Source: Ignavibacteriota bacterium
GTDB lineage: Bacteria; Bacteroidota; Ignavibacteria; UBA10030; CAVZMI01
Reading direction: 5' to 3'
Length of the DNA stretch: 64,000 nt
Assembly: GCA_963776275.1 (NCBI GenBank)
Contig: CAVZMI010000018.1
Span: 128,001 to 192,000 of the forward strand
Shown here: positions 21,610-35,500 of the stretch, one piece after another
Position numbering within the stretch: the stretch's first letter is position 1
Layout of the letters: each line of letters begins with the position of its first letter
The notes under the pieces: generated by a model
Told to the model about the DNA's origin: nothing
Database searches by the model: none
The model's input: the letters and a program-made list of their open reading frames with translations, nothing else
Translations under genes and position numbers: made by a program

Positions 21610-21949
21610 TGGGTGAAGTAGAATATAAAGCAGATAATTACACGGGGGTTGTTCAATCGAATGCCCCAGGTTTGTTATATTTTAACCGACACGCTTGCTC
21701 CGAGAGCCCGTTATGCGGTTTCTACCGATTCCTCGACGGTTCCCCATGCAGGGCTAGTCCAATAGTGGTCGGGGTAATTTTTTGGGTTTTTCATTGACAT
21801 GCCTGCAGCAAATGGTGGAGAATATCGGCTTTATTGTCGGAAAAAATCCTGATGATTCAAACGCTTGGATATTCTTTTAAAAAGAAACCCTCAATATTGG
21901 GTGCAGGACTCGCTCAAAAAGTGCGATATGGTTAAAGAAGTTGATTATG

Positions 21950-22468
21950 GATGGAAAAATGTTTTTCATCTGGGTAGGGATAGGAGTGGCGACACATTGT
22001 ATTCGTACAGCATATGAAATATTGAAATTTAAAAAAATAATAATACCCGATAAAATAAGTTTTATTATCATTCTTTCAGTTATGCTCTTAATGTGGATTT
22101 CATGGTTCAATATGTGTACAGCCGATATTTACAAAATTATTATTCCGGATCTCGTGCGGTTTTTCGGTCTCGTTGTATTCATTGCAGGAATAATCATTTT
22201 CCTTACTGCACTATTTACAATTAAAGCTGTTGAGACGCACAAGGGCGATTTAGTTACCGGAGGGGTATATTCTAAAATCAGACATCCTATGTATCTGAGT
22301 TTTATATTATGGTTGATCGGATTATCGGTTTTTTCAGGAGCCGTAATTTCATTCATTGTATCTATAGCCTTTATTACAAATATTCTATTCTGGAAATATT
22401 TGGAAGAAAAAGAGTTGGAGATACGCTACCCAACATACAATGATTATAAAAAGAGGACAATATTTTAA
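21950..22468 (+). CDS. Isoprenylcysteine carboxyl methyltransferase / PEMT family membrane protein
   Basis: LVTGGVYSKIRHPMY; EEKEL..Y..YKKRT. Confidence 0.85.
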   Translation, partial: DGKMFFIWVGIGVATHCIRTAYEILKFKKIIIPDKISFIIILSVMLLMWISWFNMCTADIYKIIIPDLVRFFGLVVFIAGIIIFLTALFTIKAVETHKGDLVTGGVYSKIRHPMYLSFILWLIGLSVFSGAVISFIVSIAFITNILFWKYLEEKELEIRYPTYNDYKKRTIF

Positions 22469-22574
22469 TCTTTATATCTTCGTGATCGTCTGGATGAACA
22501 TTCAGAAGCCGGAATACACACACGAATATATTCAAGGTGAATCACGCCGGCAGAAACCCTATCAGGGACAACTA

Positions 22575-23267
22575 ATGGAAGATACCTTAAAACCGCCATA
22601 TTTGAAAAAGGTAGGACAGCGCGGTTACATAACAATCTGGATTGTCGACGGCACATACGTGCGAACTCATCTTGACGAAGAGTTTACAAACTTCGGACAT
22701 CATTACAGTTTTAAATGCATCCCTGAAAATGAATTCTGGCTTGATAAGGAGGCAAAGGAAGATGAGCGGAAATTCTTCATCGATCACCTGCTGGTAGAGC
22801 ATCGACTTATGGCGAAAGGGATATCGTACAATAAAGCACTGGAAACCGCCGATAGGGCAGAAATGGCGGAACGAAAAAAAGCGGGGGATGTTGAGGCATT
22901 AACGAAAGGGGAGAACCTTCCCGATCCGGCAAAGGTTCATATGCGGCTCTGGAAGAAACTTGAAGCGGGTATATCCGTTTGGATCGTTGACGGCCGGCTT
23001 GTACGGAGTGTCTTTGATATCGATTTCACCGAGGGTGGGCATGATTATGTCTATGAGTTCGTCCCGGAAAATGAAGTATGGATTGACAACGATCTTGAAG
23101 AAATTGAGCGCCCGTACGTACTACTCCATGAGCTGCACGAACGGAATTTGATGGCAAAGGGTTGGGACTACGATAAAGCGCATGAAGATTCAAGCACGAT
23201 AGAGTACTATTGTCGTCATCACGCCAACGAGTTACATCTGGCTCTGGCAAAAGAAGGGTGGGAGTAG
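22575..23267 (+). CDS. Hypothetical protein with an internally duplicated domain carrying an HExxE motif
   Basis: Two copies of WIVDG..VR..FT..GH.Y..PENE.W.D..H...E..LMAKG. Confidence 0.8.
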   Translation: MEDTLKPPYLKKVGQRGYITIWIVDGTYVRTHLDEEFTNFGHHYSFKCIPENEFWLDKEAKEDERKFFIDHLLVEHRLMAKGISYNKALETADRAEMAERKKAGDVEALTKGENLPDPAKVHMRLWKKLEAGISVWIVDGRLVRSVFDIDFTEGGHDYVYEFVPENEVWIDNDLEEIERPYVLLHELHERNLMAKGWDYDKAHEDSSTIEYYCRHHANELHLALAKEGWE

Positions 23268-23376
23268 CCAAAGGACTTTACACTTGCCGGTAAATGTGTA
23301 ATTCGTTGGAATGCATTTTAGACTGCCGTTGACAGCGGCTTCATAAACACTCATTAGAAGAAATGAGAGGTTGGAT

Positions 23377-24507
23377 ATGGGCTTCCAGCTAAAAGAAGCA
23401 AAAACTTTACATGAATTAAAACAATTCATATCGTTTCAATACTCATTGTATCGTGATAATAAATATTGGGTGCCCCCCCTTCGTGCCGACGAACTGAAGA
23501 CACTTCGAAAAGATAAGAATCCTGCTTTTGATTTCTGTGAATCAAAATACTGGCTGGCTTCGAAAAACGGAAAAGTAATCGGCCGGATTGCCGGGATTAT
23601 CAATAGAAAATACAATGAGAAGTGGAATACGAAAGCAGCTCGTTTCGGATGGGTCGATTTTATCGACGATACGGAAGTCTCCGCTGCACTCTTCGATGCT
23701 GTTGAAAAATGGACAAAGTCAAAGGGAATGCACTGCATTCATGGCCCTCTGGGCTTTACTGATATGGATGGGGAAGGGACACTTATCGAAGGTTTTGAAG
23801 AAGCAAGCACATTTGGTGCAATTTACAATTATCCATATTACTCGCGACATATTGAAAATGCAGGGTATTCAAAAGATATCGACTGGATTGAATATGTAGT
23901 GACAATGCATTCGGGAATTCCTGAAAAGGTACATAGAATAGCTGAGATTGCATTGGAGAGAAACAATCTTAAAATATTAAAGGTCAGAAAAGCTAAAGAG
24001 CTGCTTCCATATGCAAAGGAAATATTTTATCTACTGAACGATGCCTATAAGGAACTCTACGGCTTTGTTGAATTATCGGATAGACAGATAGATATGTACG
24101 TGAAGCAATATTTCAGCTTTATTCTTCCCGAATACGTACCGGTGGTGCTGGATTCTGATAACAAGGTTGTCGCTTTTGGCATTGCCATGCCCTCATTATC
24201 CGGGGCGTTTCAAAAATGTAAAGGCCGTCTGTTTCCTTTCGGATTTATCCATGTCTTGAGAGCATTAAAAAAGAATAAAAATGTCGATCTTTATCTGACT
24301 GCGGTACGTCCTGATGCTCAGAATAAAGGTGTCAACGCAATTTTAATGTACGAGATGAACAAGGTATTTGTAAAAAATAAAATTGAAATAGTCGAAACAA
24401 ACAGAGAACTGGAAGGAAATACAAAAGTCCAGGCTCAATGGAGATTTTTTGACAGGCGGCAGCACAAACGAAGAAGATGTTATAAAAAAGATTTATTGTT
24501 GATTTGA
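23377..24507 (+). CDS. YghO-like double GNAT-fold protein
   Basis: WVPPL, GRIAGIIN, RFGWVDFIDD, HGPLGFTD, YNYPYY. Confidence 0.8.
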   Translation: MGFQLKEAKTLHELKQFISFQYSLYRDNKYWVPPLRADELKTLRKDKNPAFDFCESKYWLASKNGKVIGRIAGIINRKYNEKWNTKAARFGWVDFIDDTEVSAALFDAVEKWTKSKGMHCIHGPLGFTDMDGEGTLIEGFEEASTFGAIYNYPYYSRHIENAGYSKDIDWIEYVVTMHSGIPEKVHRIAEIALERNNLKILKVRKAKELLPYAKEIFYLLNDAYKELYGFVELSDRQIDMYVKQYFSFILPEYVPVVLDSDNKVVAFGIAMPSLSGAFQKCKGRLFPFGFIHVLRALKKNKNVDLYLTAVRPDAQNKGVNAILMYEMNKVFVKNKIEIVETNRELEGNTKVQAQWRFFDRRQHKRRRCYKKDLLLI

Positions 24508-24540
24508 TGAACCCTATGCTGCATAACGGAGACGGATAAA

Positions 24541-24565
24541 GGAGACGTCCCGGTGGGACGTCTCC
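24541..24565. repeat. REP-like perfect palindrome between convergent genes
   Basis: GGAGACGTCCC-GGT-GGGACGTCTCC. Confidence 0.75.
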
Positions 24566-24591
24566 ACAGTCCTCAACCTTGTAGCAATATT

Positions 24592-25419
24592 TCACGCCGA
24601 TTGGCGGACGATAATTTCAGGGTTGAAAGTAACCTTCTGGGGTTTCTGGAGAATTTCGGCTCTTTGGAGCACGGCCATTTTGTACGCAGCATCGGCCATC
24701 TCCTTCAAAGGCTGCCTGATGGTAGTAAGCTTGGGTGTCGAAACCTGCGCTATGAAAAGATCGTCGAATCCCATAACTGCGACATCCTGGGGTATCCGCG
24801 TTCCCCGTTCTCTGGCTGCAGAGAGTAAACCTGATGCAGTGTTGTCACCAGCCGCGCAAAAGATGGCATCCACGCCTATGTCCAACAACTTCGGCATTAC
24901 CTCGACGCCGTCCTCGCGAGAGTAGTTGATCACCTCGATTTTGCAACCTGGGGGCACGGAGAGCCCTGCGGCGCTTAGTGCCTGCAGAAATCCCTTAAGC
25001 CTTTGCTCTGCGTTGTAGCCCCCTTTTATCTGAGTCCTGCCGGAGACTATGGCGATCCTCTTTCTGCCTTTCGCAATGAAGTACTCCCCTGCGAGGCGTC
25101 CGCCCGTGAAGTTGTCTACGGTAATGGTGGATGCACCGGCCGTATCTTCGTCCAGCAGCACGATGGGTACATTCACGGCTGTATAAGCAGCAATTGTATC
25201 TGGATCAGGTCGTATATCCATAGCGATCAAGGCGGTGGGATTTGTCTGTGTCAGGGCTTGTTCTAAGCGTTGTTTCTGCACATCAGTTTCGCCTGTAATA
25301 GATCGCATGACAATCTCCTCCGGCTTGAACAGCTTCTTAAAATGTTCGCACATCGCCGTGTGTATAGCTGACAGGAATGTCGGTGCTACTATTAAAACTT
25401 TTATATATCGATTCGCCAT
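24592..25419 (-). CDS. LacI/GalR-type ligand-binding domain protein without HTH (copy A)
   Basis: VDNFTGG, GRKRIAIV, RLKGF, DAIFCA, IPQDVAVMGFDD, LTTIRQP. Confidence 0.85.
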   Translation of the reverse strand: MANRYIKVLIVAPTFLSAIHTAMCEHFKKLFKPEEIVMRSITGETDVQKQRLEQALTQTNPTALIAMDIRPDPDTIAAYTAVNVPIVLLDEDTAGASTITVDNFTGGRLAGEYFIAKGRKRIAIVSGRTQIKGGYNAEQRLKGFLQALSAAGLSVPPGCKIEVINYSREDGVEVMPKLLDIGVDAIFCAAGDNTASGLLSAARERGTRIPQDVAVMGFDDLFIAQVSTPKLTTIRQPLKEMADAAYKMAVLQRAEILQKPQKVTFNPEIIVRQSA

Positions 25420-25533
25420 TTATTCACCCGCTTTTCTGGTATTATTAAATATTTTTTGTTACCATATCCTTTATTATAAATTCCTTACTTTAGAAGTGTC
25501 ATTAATGACCCGTTCAACCGACGTAGTATCATT

Positions 25534-26361
25534 TCATGCGGATTGACGGACGATGATTTCAGGATTGAATACAACCTTCTGCGGCTTCTGGAGAATTTCG
25601 GCTCTTTGAAGCACGGCCATTTTGTACGCAGCATCGGCCATCTCCTTCAAAGGCTGCCTGATGGTAGTAAGCTTGGGTGTCGAAACCTGCGCTATAAAAA
25701 GATCGTCGAATCCCATAACTGCGACATCCTGGGGTATCCGCATTCCCCGTTCTCTGGCTGCAGAGAGTAAACCTGATGCAGTGTTGTCACCAGCCGCGCA
25801 AAAGATGGCATCCACACCAACTTCCAACAATTTCGGCATCACCTCGACGCCGTCCTCGCGAGAGTAGTTGATCACCTCGATTTTGCAACCTGGGGGTATG
25901 GAGAGCCCTGCGGCGCTTAGTGCCTGCAGAAATCCCTTAAGCCTTTGCTCTGCGTTGTAGCTCCCTTTTATCTGAGTCTTGCCGGAGACTATGGCGATCC
26001 TCTTTCTGCCTTTCGCAATGAAGTACTCCCCTGCGAGGCGTCCGCCCGTGAAGTTGTCTACGGTAATGGTGGATACACCGGCAGCTTCCTCGTCTATTAG
26101 TACGATAGGTGCATTCGCAGCTTTGTAGGCAGCGATCGTATACGGGTCCGGTTGTACAGCCATAGCGATCAAGGCGGTGGGACTTATCTGCGTCAGTGTC
26201 TGCTCCAAGCGCTGTCTCTGCACATCAGGTTCGCCTGTAATAGATCGTATGACAATCTCCTCCGGCTTGAACAGCTTCTTAAAATGTTCACACATCGCCG
26301 TGTGTATAGCCGACAGGAATGTCGGTGCCACTATAAAAACTTTTATATATTGATTCGCCAT
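25534..26361 (-). CDS. LacI/GalR-type ligand-binding domain protein without HTH (copy B, tandem duplicate)
   Basis: Same length (275 aa) as copy A, near-identical sequence, offset 942 bp. Confidence 0.85.
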   Translation of the reverse strand: MANQYIKVFIVAPTFLSAIHTAMCEHFKKLFKPEEIVIRSITGEPDVQRQRLEQTLTQISPTALIAMAVQPDPYTIAAYKAANAPIVLIDEEAAGVSTITVDNFTGGRLAGEYFIAKGRKRIAIVSGKTQIKGSYNAEQRLKGFLQALSAAGLSIPPGCKIEVINYSREDGVEVMPKLLEVGVDAIFCAAGDNTASGLLSAARERGMRIPQDVAVMGFDDLFIAQVSTPKLTTIRQPLKEMADAAYKMAVLQRAEILQKPQKVVFNPEIIVRQSA

Positions 26362-26514
26362 TAGCTTTTACAAAGTGGAAAAAAATTATCAGTAAATATA
26401 TTAAAAATAAATTCTTAAATAAACCGATTTCAATATATTATATAACCACAAAAACTCCGTGTTTATAGACAGAGTTTTTATTTGTCGGATTCGCGAAAAT
26501 TTTTTACTACAATT

Positions 26515-29717
<3,203 letters not shown>

Positions 29718-29784
29718 TTGGGTTCCTGTTTTTTCTGGAATTCGATAGTCTTTTATTCCCGAGGTGCTGGCTTTTCTCTTTGAT

Positions 29785-29884
29785 AAAATATAACACCCGG
29801 CTAATAAAAAAAGAACATTGATGGTGCCGTGCCCCCCATCTTTAAAATCTGACTTAATAATAGGTGCACTGCCACAGAGTACAC
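29785..29884. repeat. ~100-bp dispersed repeat (left arm of a MITE-like element)
   Basis: Aligns with 35291-35389 (AAAATATAACACC..GAACATTGATGGTGC..GCACTGCCACAGAGTACAC). Confidence 0.8.
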
Positions 29885-29993
29885 TAAGGATTAAAAGAGG
29901 ACGCAGAGTTGAAATAGCATAATGCTAAATTATTTAACTATTATAAACAAAAATGTTCTTTACTGCAAGAAAAACATTTCTCTTATGGCGAAT

Positions 29994-30020
29994 AAAAAAG
30001 CCAGTCACGACAACCGGCTT
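29994..30020 (-). terminator. Putative terminator of the mscL/DUF3078 unit
   Basis: Minus strand AAGCCGGTTG-TCG-TGACTGGCTTTTTT. Confidence 0.55.
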
Positions 30021-30050
30021 CATAATTGAAAAAGCCATTCATAAGCAATG

Positions 30051-30908
30051 TTAAAAAATCGTATAACTCACACCCATTCCCAGCGTCTGCTTCACCTGCG
30101 TCCTCGGCGTAATTTGTCTCTCGTTAATCAGCTGAAGGTTGAGGGCTACGGTGATATATTTCCCGACCTTTGCCATAATACTGGAGTTGGTACGGACGAT
30201 CACCTCGTCCAGTTTTTTAAAAGCGCTGAATAATTCGAGCTGCGTGGTGAACAATACGTTATCATCGAGCAGGAACTCGACATTGGTCACCGATTCCAGG
30301 CCTACATTCACGCTGCTTTTTTCTACTGTCGTTGTCTTCGGATCGTCTGCATATCCCGTAAATTGACTCGTCAGCACTTCGCGAAGCGCAAGTCCAAGCC
30401 GTGTTTTCACTTCTTTCGTCGGTTGATAAAAGGCGCCGGCACTCTGAACGAGATACGCCGGATCGAAGAAGTTCGAAACCTGCGTGCGTGCATTGTTAGC
30501 ATCGTAGGTATAGCCCGGTGCGAACTGCGTCTTAAGAGTCGCAGCTACATACGGTTCAATGTACCCGCCGGTTTTATATGTCAGGATGGACTCAAGTTCA
30601 ATCTTATCATCGGTTTTCTTCGTTCCTTGATCCCCGACCCGCGTCTGACCGAAAGCGAAGTGGTAGACATTCAACCATTGCATTGTTTCCATATTATCGA
30701 TTGATTTTCCATCCGCGGTCGCACCCCATGAAAGAGAGTTCACACCCCCCTGGGCCCAATCGGTAAAAGCAGTCTGGTTGATTGTTAGCGCGGTCATTAG
30801 AGTGTGCTTCCAGCCGTATTCGGGAGCAGGAGGAGGTATCGGCTGTGTTTGTGCTTCAACACAAAGAGCAAGACTAAAAACGGATAAAAAAAGGAAAATA
30901 TTTTTCAT
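30051..30908 (-). CDS. DUF3078 outer-membrane beta-barrel protein
   Basis: Signal peptide; NQTAFTDWAQGG, KKTDD, KTQFAPGY; terminal Phe. Confidence 0.85.
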   Translation of the reverse strand: MKNIFLFLSVFSLALCVEAQTQPIPPPAPEYGWKHTLMTALTINQTAFTDWAQGGVNSLSWGATADGKSIDNMETMQWLNVYHFAFGQTRVGDQGTKKTDDKIELESILTYKTGGYIEPYVAATLKTQFAPGYTYDANNARTQVSNFFDPAYLVQSAGAFYQPTKEVKTRLGLALREVLTSQFTGYADDPKTTTVEKSSVNVGLESVTNVEFLLDDNVLFTTQLELFSAFKKLDEVIVRTNSSIMAKVGKYITVALNLQLINERQITPRTQVKQTLGMGVSYTIF

Positions 30909-30925
30909 TATCTTCTCCCGTAGGA

Positions 30926-31224
30926 TTATTTTTTGGTAACCTTTTCTTCTCTCAACACATATTTTGCAATGATATATATGACGTAAGCGACAATCACAAA
31001 ATCAACAAGCGCTCCAAGAATCGGGCCGGGGAGGAAATGAAACGAACCAGATCAAGCGTTGCGGTCCGCCAATTACCACCGGGGATGAAAAACAACACTA
31101 ATGGCATGAGAAGACCATCGACAAGTGATGCGACGAGTGTGTTCAATTTACCCCCGATAATGACTGCAATTGCGAGGCCGACGACCCCATACTGCGTAAT
31201 GAAATCAATGAATTCTTTGAACAT
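30926..31224 (-). CDS. mscL: Large-conductance mechanosensitive channel (frameshift at ~31045)
   Basis: FKEFIDF..VVGLAIAVIIGG..LVASLVDGLLMP; continues in another frame to VLREEKVTKK-stop. Confidence 0.85.
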
Positions 31225-31414
31225 AGGACATTTCTCCTTTTAATGTGAGTTGTCGGTGAGTGAAATATTAACGTAAAGAAACCAAAGATGAACATATTTT
31301 ATAATTGCAGCATCAAGAGAAGTATATATAATATGAATATAAGTTTATAGAGAATCAAGAATTGCTTTTGAGATCAATGAATGGTAGTTTCCTATGGCCA
31401 GCAAGGGTAGAGCC

Positions 31415-32174
31415 ATGTCGTATGTTACCGTCCGATTTTATGCGGAATTAAACGATTTCTTACCTCAGGAAAGAAGGGGTAAAGAAACTCTCTGTGCCTC
31501 TCAAGACGGCCAGCAAATATCTGATTTTTTGAATTCCAATAATATTCCACCTGAGAATGTCGACCTTATCCTGCGTAACGGCAAATCGGTCGCGCTGCAT
31601 GAGACACTCAACGACGGCGACCGACTGAGTTGCTATCCCATATTTGAGTCGTTAGACATACGCGAGGTTACCCGAATCCGCTCAACACCGCTTCGCCAGC
31701 CGCGGTTCATTCTTGATATCCATCTTGGCAAGCTTGCGTCTTTCCTTCGCATGCTGGGATTTGATACGCTCTATGATTCTGGTGCGACAGACAGTCGACT
31801 TCTTGATATTTCTGTTAAGGAGGAAAGGCAGCTTACTGAGTAAAGACAGAGAATTACTCAAAAACGAAACGCTTACTCGGGGCTACCGGGTTCTTTCCGA
31901 TGATCCCCGGGAACAAATCGAAGAAATTCTTCACCGCTTCGATCTCTTCTCATCCACCTCTCCTTTTAGCCGATGTATTCGCTGTAATACACTCCTGGAG
32001 CCGATTCGGAAAGAAAAGATCGTCGACCGGCTTCCTCTGAAAGTGCGACAATTCTATGATGAATTTTTCTATTGCAAAAGATGCGATCAAATATTCTGGA
32101 AGGGATCGCATTACGAGAAGATGAGGTCTTTTGTTGATGGGATAATCGGAGAAACAAGGGGAAGGGGGCGATAA
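31415..32174 (+). CDS. Mut7-C RNase (PIN-like) with N-terminal ubiquitin-like domain (frameshift at ~31830)
   Basis: RFYAELNDFLP, RFILDIHLGKLASFLRMLGFD, RCIRCN..CKRCDQIFWKGSH. Confidence 0.9.
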
Positions 32175-32319
32175 GTAAGGCGTAGGATATGAGTGTCGAT
32201 GTACTTTTTATCCTCACGTATGTCAGAATCAAATCAAAGTACAAATATCTTGAAAACCAGGCCGATTAGAGTTACCTTATGGTAATAATAATGGATTCAC
32301 ATTCTTTCCAGAGTTCTTA

Positions 32320-34326
32320 ATGAAAAAACATTTTCTATTCTCCTTGATGCTGTATTTCATCGTGCTGTTCTCAATCGCCGGATTTGCACAACGAAAAACT
32401 TTTACAGCGGCGGATCTGATCCAGCACGAGATCCCGGCATCGCCTATGATTTCTCCCGATGCGAAACAGGTAGCTTTTACAATCCGAAAACCGGATCTGC
32501 AGGCAAGCCGATGGATAACGCAGATATACGTTGTCTCGGTTGCTGAAAAATCAGTACGGCAGATGACAACATCGGCCTCCGACTGCTCATCACCATACTG
32601 GTCGCCCGATGGAAAGTGGCTGACTTTTCTTTCGAAACGAGAATCATTAAATGAAAAGGTTCGTAATGACTCCGGAATCCAAAAGCTTTTTGCCCTTCCG
32701 ATGGAAGGAGGAGAAGCTGTCGCGTTAACGAATCAAAGCAGCGATATCGAAGAATATACGTGGTCACCGGATGGCACAAAAATAGCGATACTTGCTGAAG
32801 AGGAGATCTCACCGGAAAAACGGGCAGAGACCGAAAAGAAAACAAAACTGAAGATGGATTGGACGTCTTCCCTTGATCGGAAACCTGGAAAAGACCTCTT
32901 GATACTCAATATTGCCACAAAAACAATTAAAAAAATTAAAACACTGGACCCTGGAGCAGAGAACATCGCATGGTCACCCGACAACAAAAAGATTATATAC
33001 CAGACAGATTATACAGGTGAATATAATGACGAGCAGAAATTTGATATCTGGACAATCGACCTCGATGGAATCCAGACACAACTGACTGCAATGGCGGGTC
33101 CCGAAATTCATCCTTACTTTTCGCCCGATGGGAAATGTATTGCTTTCATCACGCAAACGGTTCCCGATATCGAATTTGCAAAAACTGAACTCACCATCAT
33201 GGACCAGACCGGGAAGAATGTGCGCAGCCTCACCAAAGACTTCCCCTGGAGCGTGAAACAATTCGAGTGGGTTCCAAACGGGAAAGAGATAATTGTCCGG
33301 ATCGGCGAAAAAACATATTCTAATCTCTATGGCATCGAGGTTACAAACGGAAAAATAGAGAATGTCGTTGGAGGTCAGAATGTTTTTGGTGATATATCTG
33401 TGGCGAAGGACGGCACGATCACAACGACAAATGAAACATCATCGACATTGAAGGAAGTCGTTCTTCTGAAAAAAGGAAAACTCCAGACTCTTACACAATA
33501 TTCAAAACAGCTCGATACATATCAATTACGTAAGCAAGAAGTTATTACGGTGAAAAGTCGTGATGGAAAGTTTGATATCGAAGCAATCCTTGTCAAACCG
33601 GCCGATTATCGTGAAGGCCGGAAATATCCGTTAATGCTTGTATACCATGGCGGCCCTTATGACAATTACGAGAATACGTTTACCCAGAAATATCCGGTAC
33701 AGCTTTTAGCACAGGAAGGAGCGATAGTGGTCATGCCCAATGTCCGTGGAAGTTCGGGATATACGGACGAATTCGGACAATCCATCAGGTACGATCTAGG
33801 GGGCGGTGACTACCGCGATGCGATGGATATCGTGGATTACCTGATTGCCGAGGGGATGGTAGACACTACAAAAATGGGTGTGATGGGGGGAAGCTATGGC
33901 GGTTATCTAACGAACTGGACAATTACGCAGACACCGCGCTTCAAAGCAGCAATTTCCATGTATACTATGTTCAGCTTGTTTACGGATTGGGGAAACTCCT
34001 GGCAGCCCGCCTTTGAGCAGATGTATCTTGGCTATAATTACTGGGACAGACCGATTGATGTGAACAGCCGCTGGGTGAAACAGGCTCCACAGACCTATGT
34101 AAGAAATATCACAACTCCGACATTAATTCTCCAGGGAACAGAAGACAAGTACACGAATATCTCCAATTCACGAGAAATGTACCAAGCCCTAAAAGAACTA
34201 GGGAGAACCGTTGAGTTTGTTATCTACCCGCGTGCGGAACACGGACTCCGGACCGAGCCAAATCAATATATCAACGTCATGGAAAGAACGGTCGATTGGT
34301 TCAAGAAATATGCGTTAGGCAGGTAA
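32320..34326 (+). CDS. S9 family (prolyl oligopeptidase / acylaminoacyl peptidase-like) peptidase
   Basis: WSPDG propeller repeats; HGGP, GGSYGG, QGTED, AEHG. Confidence 0.92.
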   Translation: MKKHFLFSLMLYFIVLFSIAGFAQRKTFTAADLIQHEIPASPMISPDAKQVAFTIRKPDLQASRWITQIYVVSVAEKSVRQMTTSASDCSSPYWSPDGKWLTFLSKRESLNEKVRNDSGIQKLFALPMEGGEAVALTNQSSDIEEYTWSPDGTKIAILAEEEISPEKRAETEKKTKLKMDWTSSLDRKPGKDLLILNIATKTIKKIKTLDPGAENIAWSPDNKKIIYQTDYTGEYNDEQKFDIWTIDLDGIQTQLTAMAGPEIHPYFSPDGKCIAFITQTVPDIEFAKTELTIMDQTGKNVRSLTKDFPWSVKQFEWVPNGKEIIVRIGEKTYSNLYGIEVTNGKIENVVGGQNVFGDISVAKDGTITTTNETSSTLKEVVLLKKGKLQTLTQYSKQLDTYQLRKQEVITVKSRDGKFDIEAILVKPADYREGRKYPLMLVYHGGPYDNYENTFTQKYPVQLLAQEGAIVVMPNVRGSSGYTDEFGQSIRYDLGGGDYRDAMDIVDYLIAEGMVDTTKMGVMGGSYGGYLTNWTITQTPRFKAAISMYTMFSLFTDWGNSWQPAFEQMYLGYNYWDRPIDVNSRWVKQAPQTYVRNITTPTLILQGTEDKYTNISNSREMYQALKELGRTVEFVIYPRAEHGLRTEPNQYINVMERTVDWFKKYALGR

Positions 34327-34333
34327 AAGTGTA

Positions 34334-35278
34334 ATGCATATACCTGATGGATTTATAGACACAAAAACCGCTATCACAACAGGGATATTATCTGTCGCAG
34401 GGCTCGGGATGGCGTTACGGCAGGTGAAGAGTCATATGCCGCAGAGGAATGTTCCGTTGATGGGACTCGCGGCAGCGTTTGTGTTTGTCGCCCAGATGTT
34501 GAACTTTCCGGTAGCCGGTGGAACGTCCGGTCATCTTATGGGTGCAGTTCTCGTATCCGTTCTCCTTGGCCCGAGTGCGGCAATCATCGTCATGTCGTCG
34601 GTCCTCATAGTCCAGTGCTTTTTATTTGCCGACGGCGGAGTTCTTGCACTCGGAGCGAATGTTTTTAATATGGCAATTGCAGCCCCGCTTCTGGGATACG
34701 TAATATATTTTCTCGTCCGCCGATTGATTGGGGGCGAGCGGGGACGGATTGCAGCAGTGGCATTTGCTGCATGGTGTTCGACGGTGATTGCTTCAATATG
34801 CTGTACGGGTGAGCTTGCATGGTCGGACACGGTATCCTGGAATGCAGGATTTCCAGCCATGACGAATATTCATATGCTTATCGGTCTCGGCGAAGGGATC
34901 ATCACCGCGTTCATTATTGTCGCGATCGGCAAAACGAGGCCGGAACTTCTTTTTGAAAAAGAAGAAATAAGTGCTGCACAAAAAACTGCCGGAGTTGTCG
35001 TATACGGACTACTAATTGCACTCGGATTGATATTATTTGTGGCCCCATTTGCATCGGGATGGCCCGATGGTCTCGAGAAAGTCGCAGCCTCATTGGGTTT
35101 CGGGCATAAAGCCGGTACCCAGCTGGTTGTCAACGCTCCTTTGCCTGATTATATTGTTCCGGGAATCGGATCGGCAACAACTGCAACAGCGATCGCGGGT
35201 CTTGTGGGAGTCATTGTCGTCTTTGGTCTTTCATTTGTCCTGGCCAGAATGCTCGTTCCAAAAAATATATATAAATAG
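34334..35278 (+). CDS. cbiM: Co/Ni ECF transporter S component CbiM/NikM fused to a PDGLE domain
   Basis: MHIPDGF N-terminus; GGTSGHL; PDGLEKVA. Confidence 0.92.
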   Translation: MHIPDGFIDTKTAITTGILSVAGLGMALRQVKSHMPQRNVPLMGLAAAFVFVAQMLNFPVAGGTSGHLMGAVLVSVLLGPSAAIIVMSSVLIVQCFLFADGGVLALGANVFNMAIAAPLLGYVIYFLVRRLIGGERGRIAAVAFAAWCSTVIASICCTGELAWSDTVSWNAGFPAMTNIHMLIGLGEGIITAFIIVAIGKTRPELLFEKEEISAAQKTAGVVVYGLLIALGLILFVAPFASGWPDGLEKVAASLGFGHKAGTQLVVNAPLPDYIVPGIGSATTATAIAGLVGVIVVFGLSFVLARMLVPKNIYK

Positions 35279-35290
35279 ATAGCTTTTAGA

Positions 35291-35500
35291 AAAATATAAC
35301 ACCAGGCTATTAAAAAAGGAACATTGATGGTGCTGTGACCTCATCTTCAAAATCAGAGTAAATAATAGGGGCACTGCCACAGAGTACACAGAGTTTGTTC
35401 TCTGTTTTTTTTAAAATCTCCGTGTACTCTTTTATCATAAGACCTGTGTCGGTGCTCCCATAATTAATTTTGATATTGAAAAGGGAGCACAGTACCGCAT
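35291..35500. mobile_element. MITE-like degenerate inverted-repeat element between cbiM and cbiQ
   Basis: Left arm matches 29785-29884; right arm (~35418-35500) is a degenerate reverse complement of the left arm. Confidence 0.55.

Noticed and set aside
21609-21940. ncRNA or small ORF after the M16 peptidase
   Set aside because: Only a degenerate REP-like hairpin at ~21644-21668; no supported structure or coding signal
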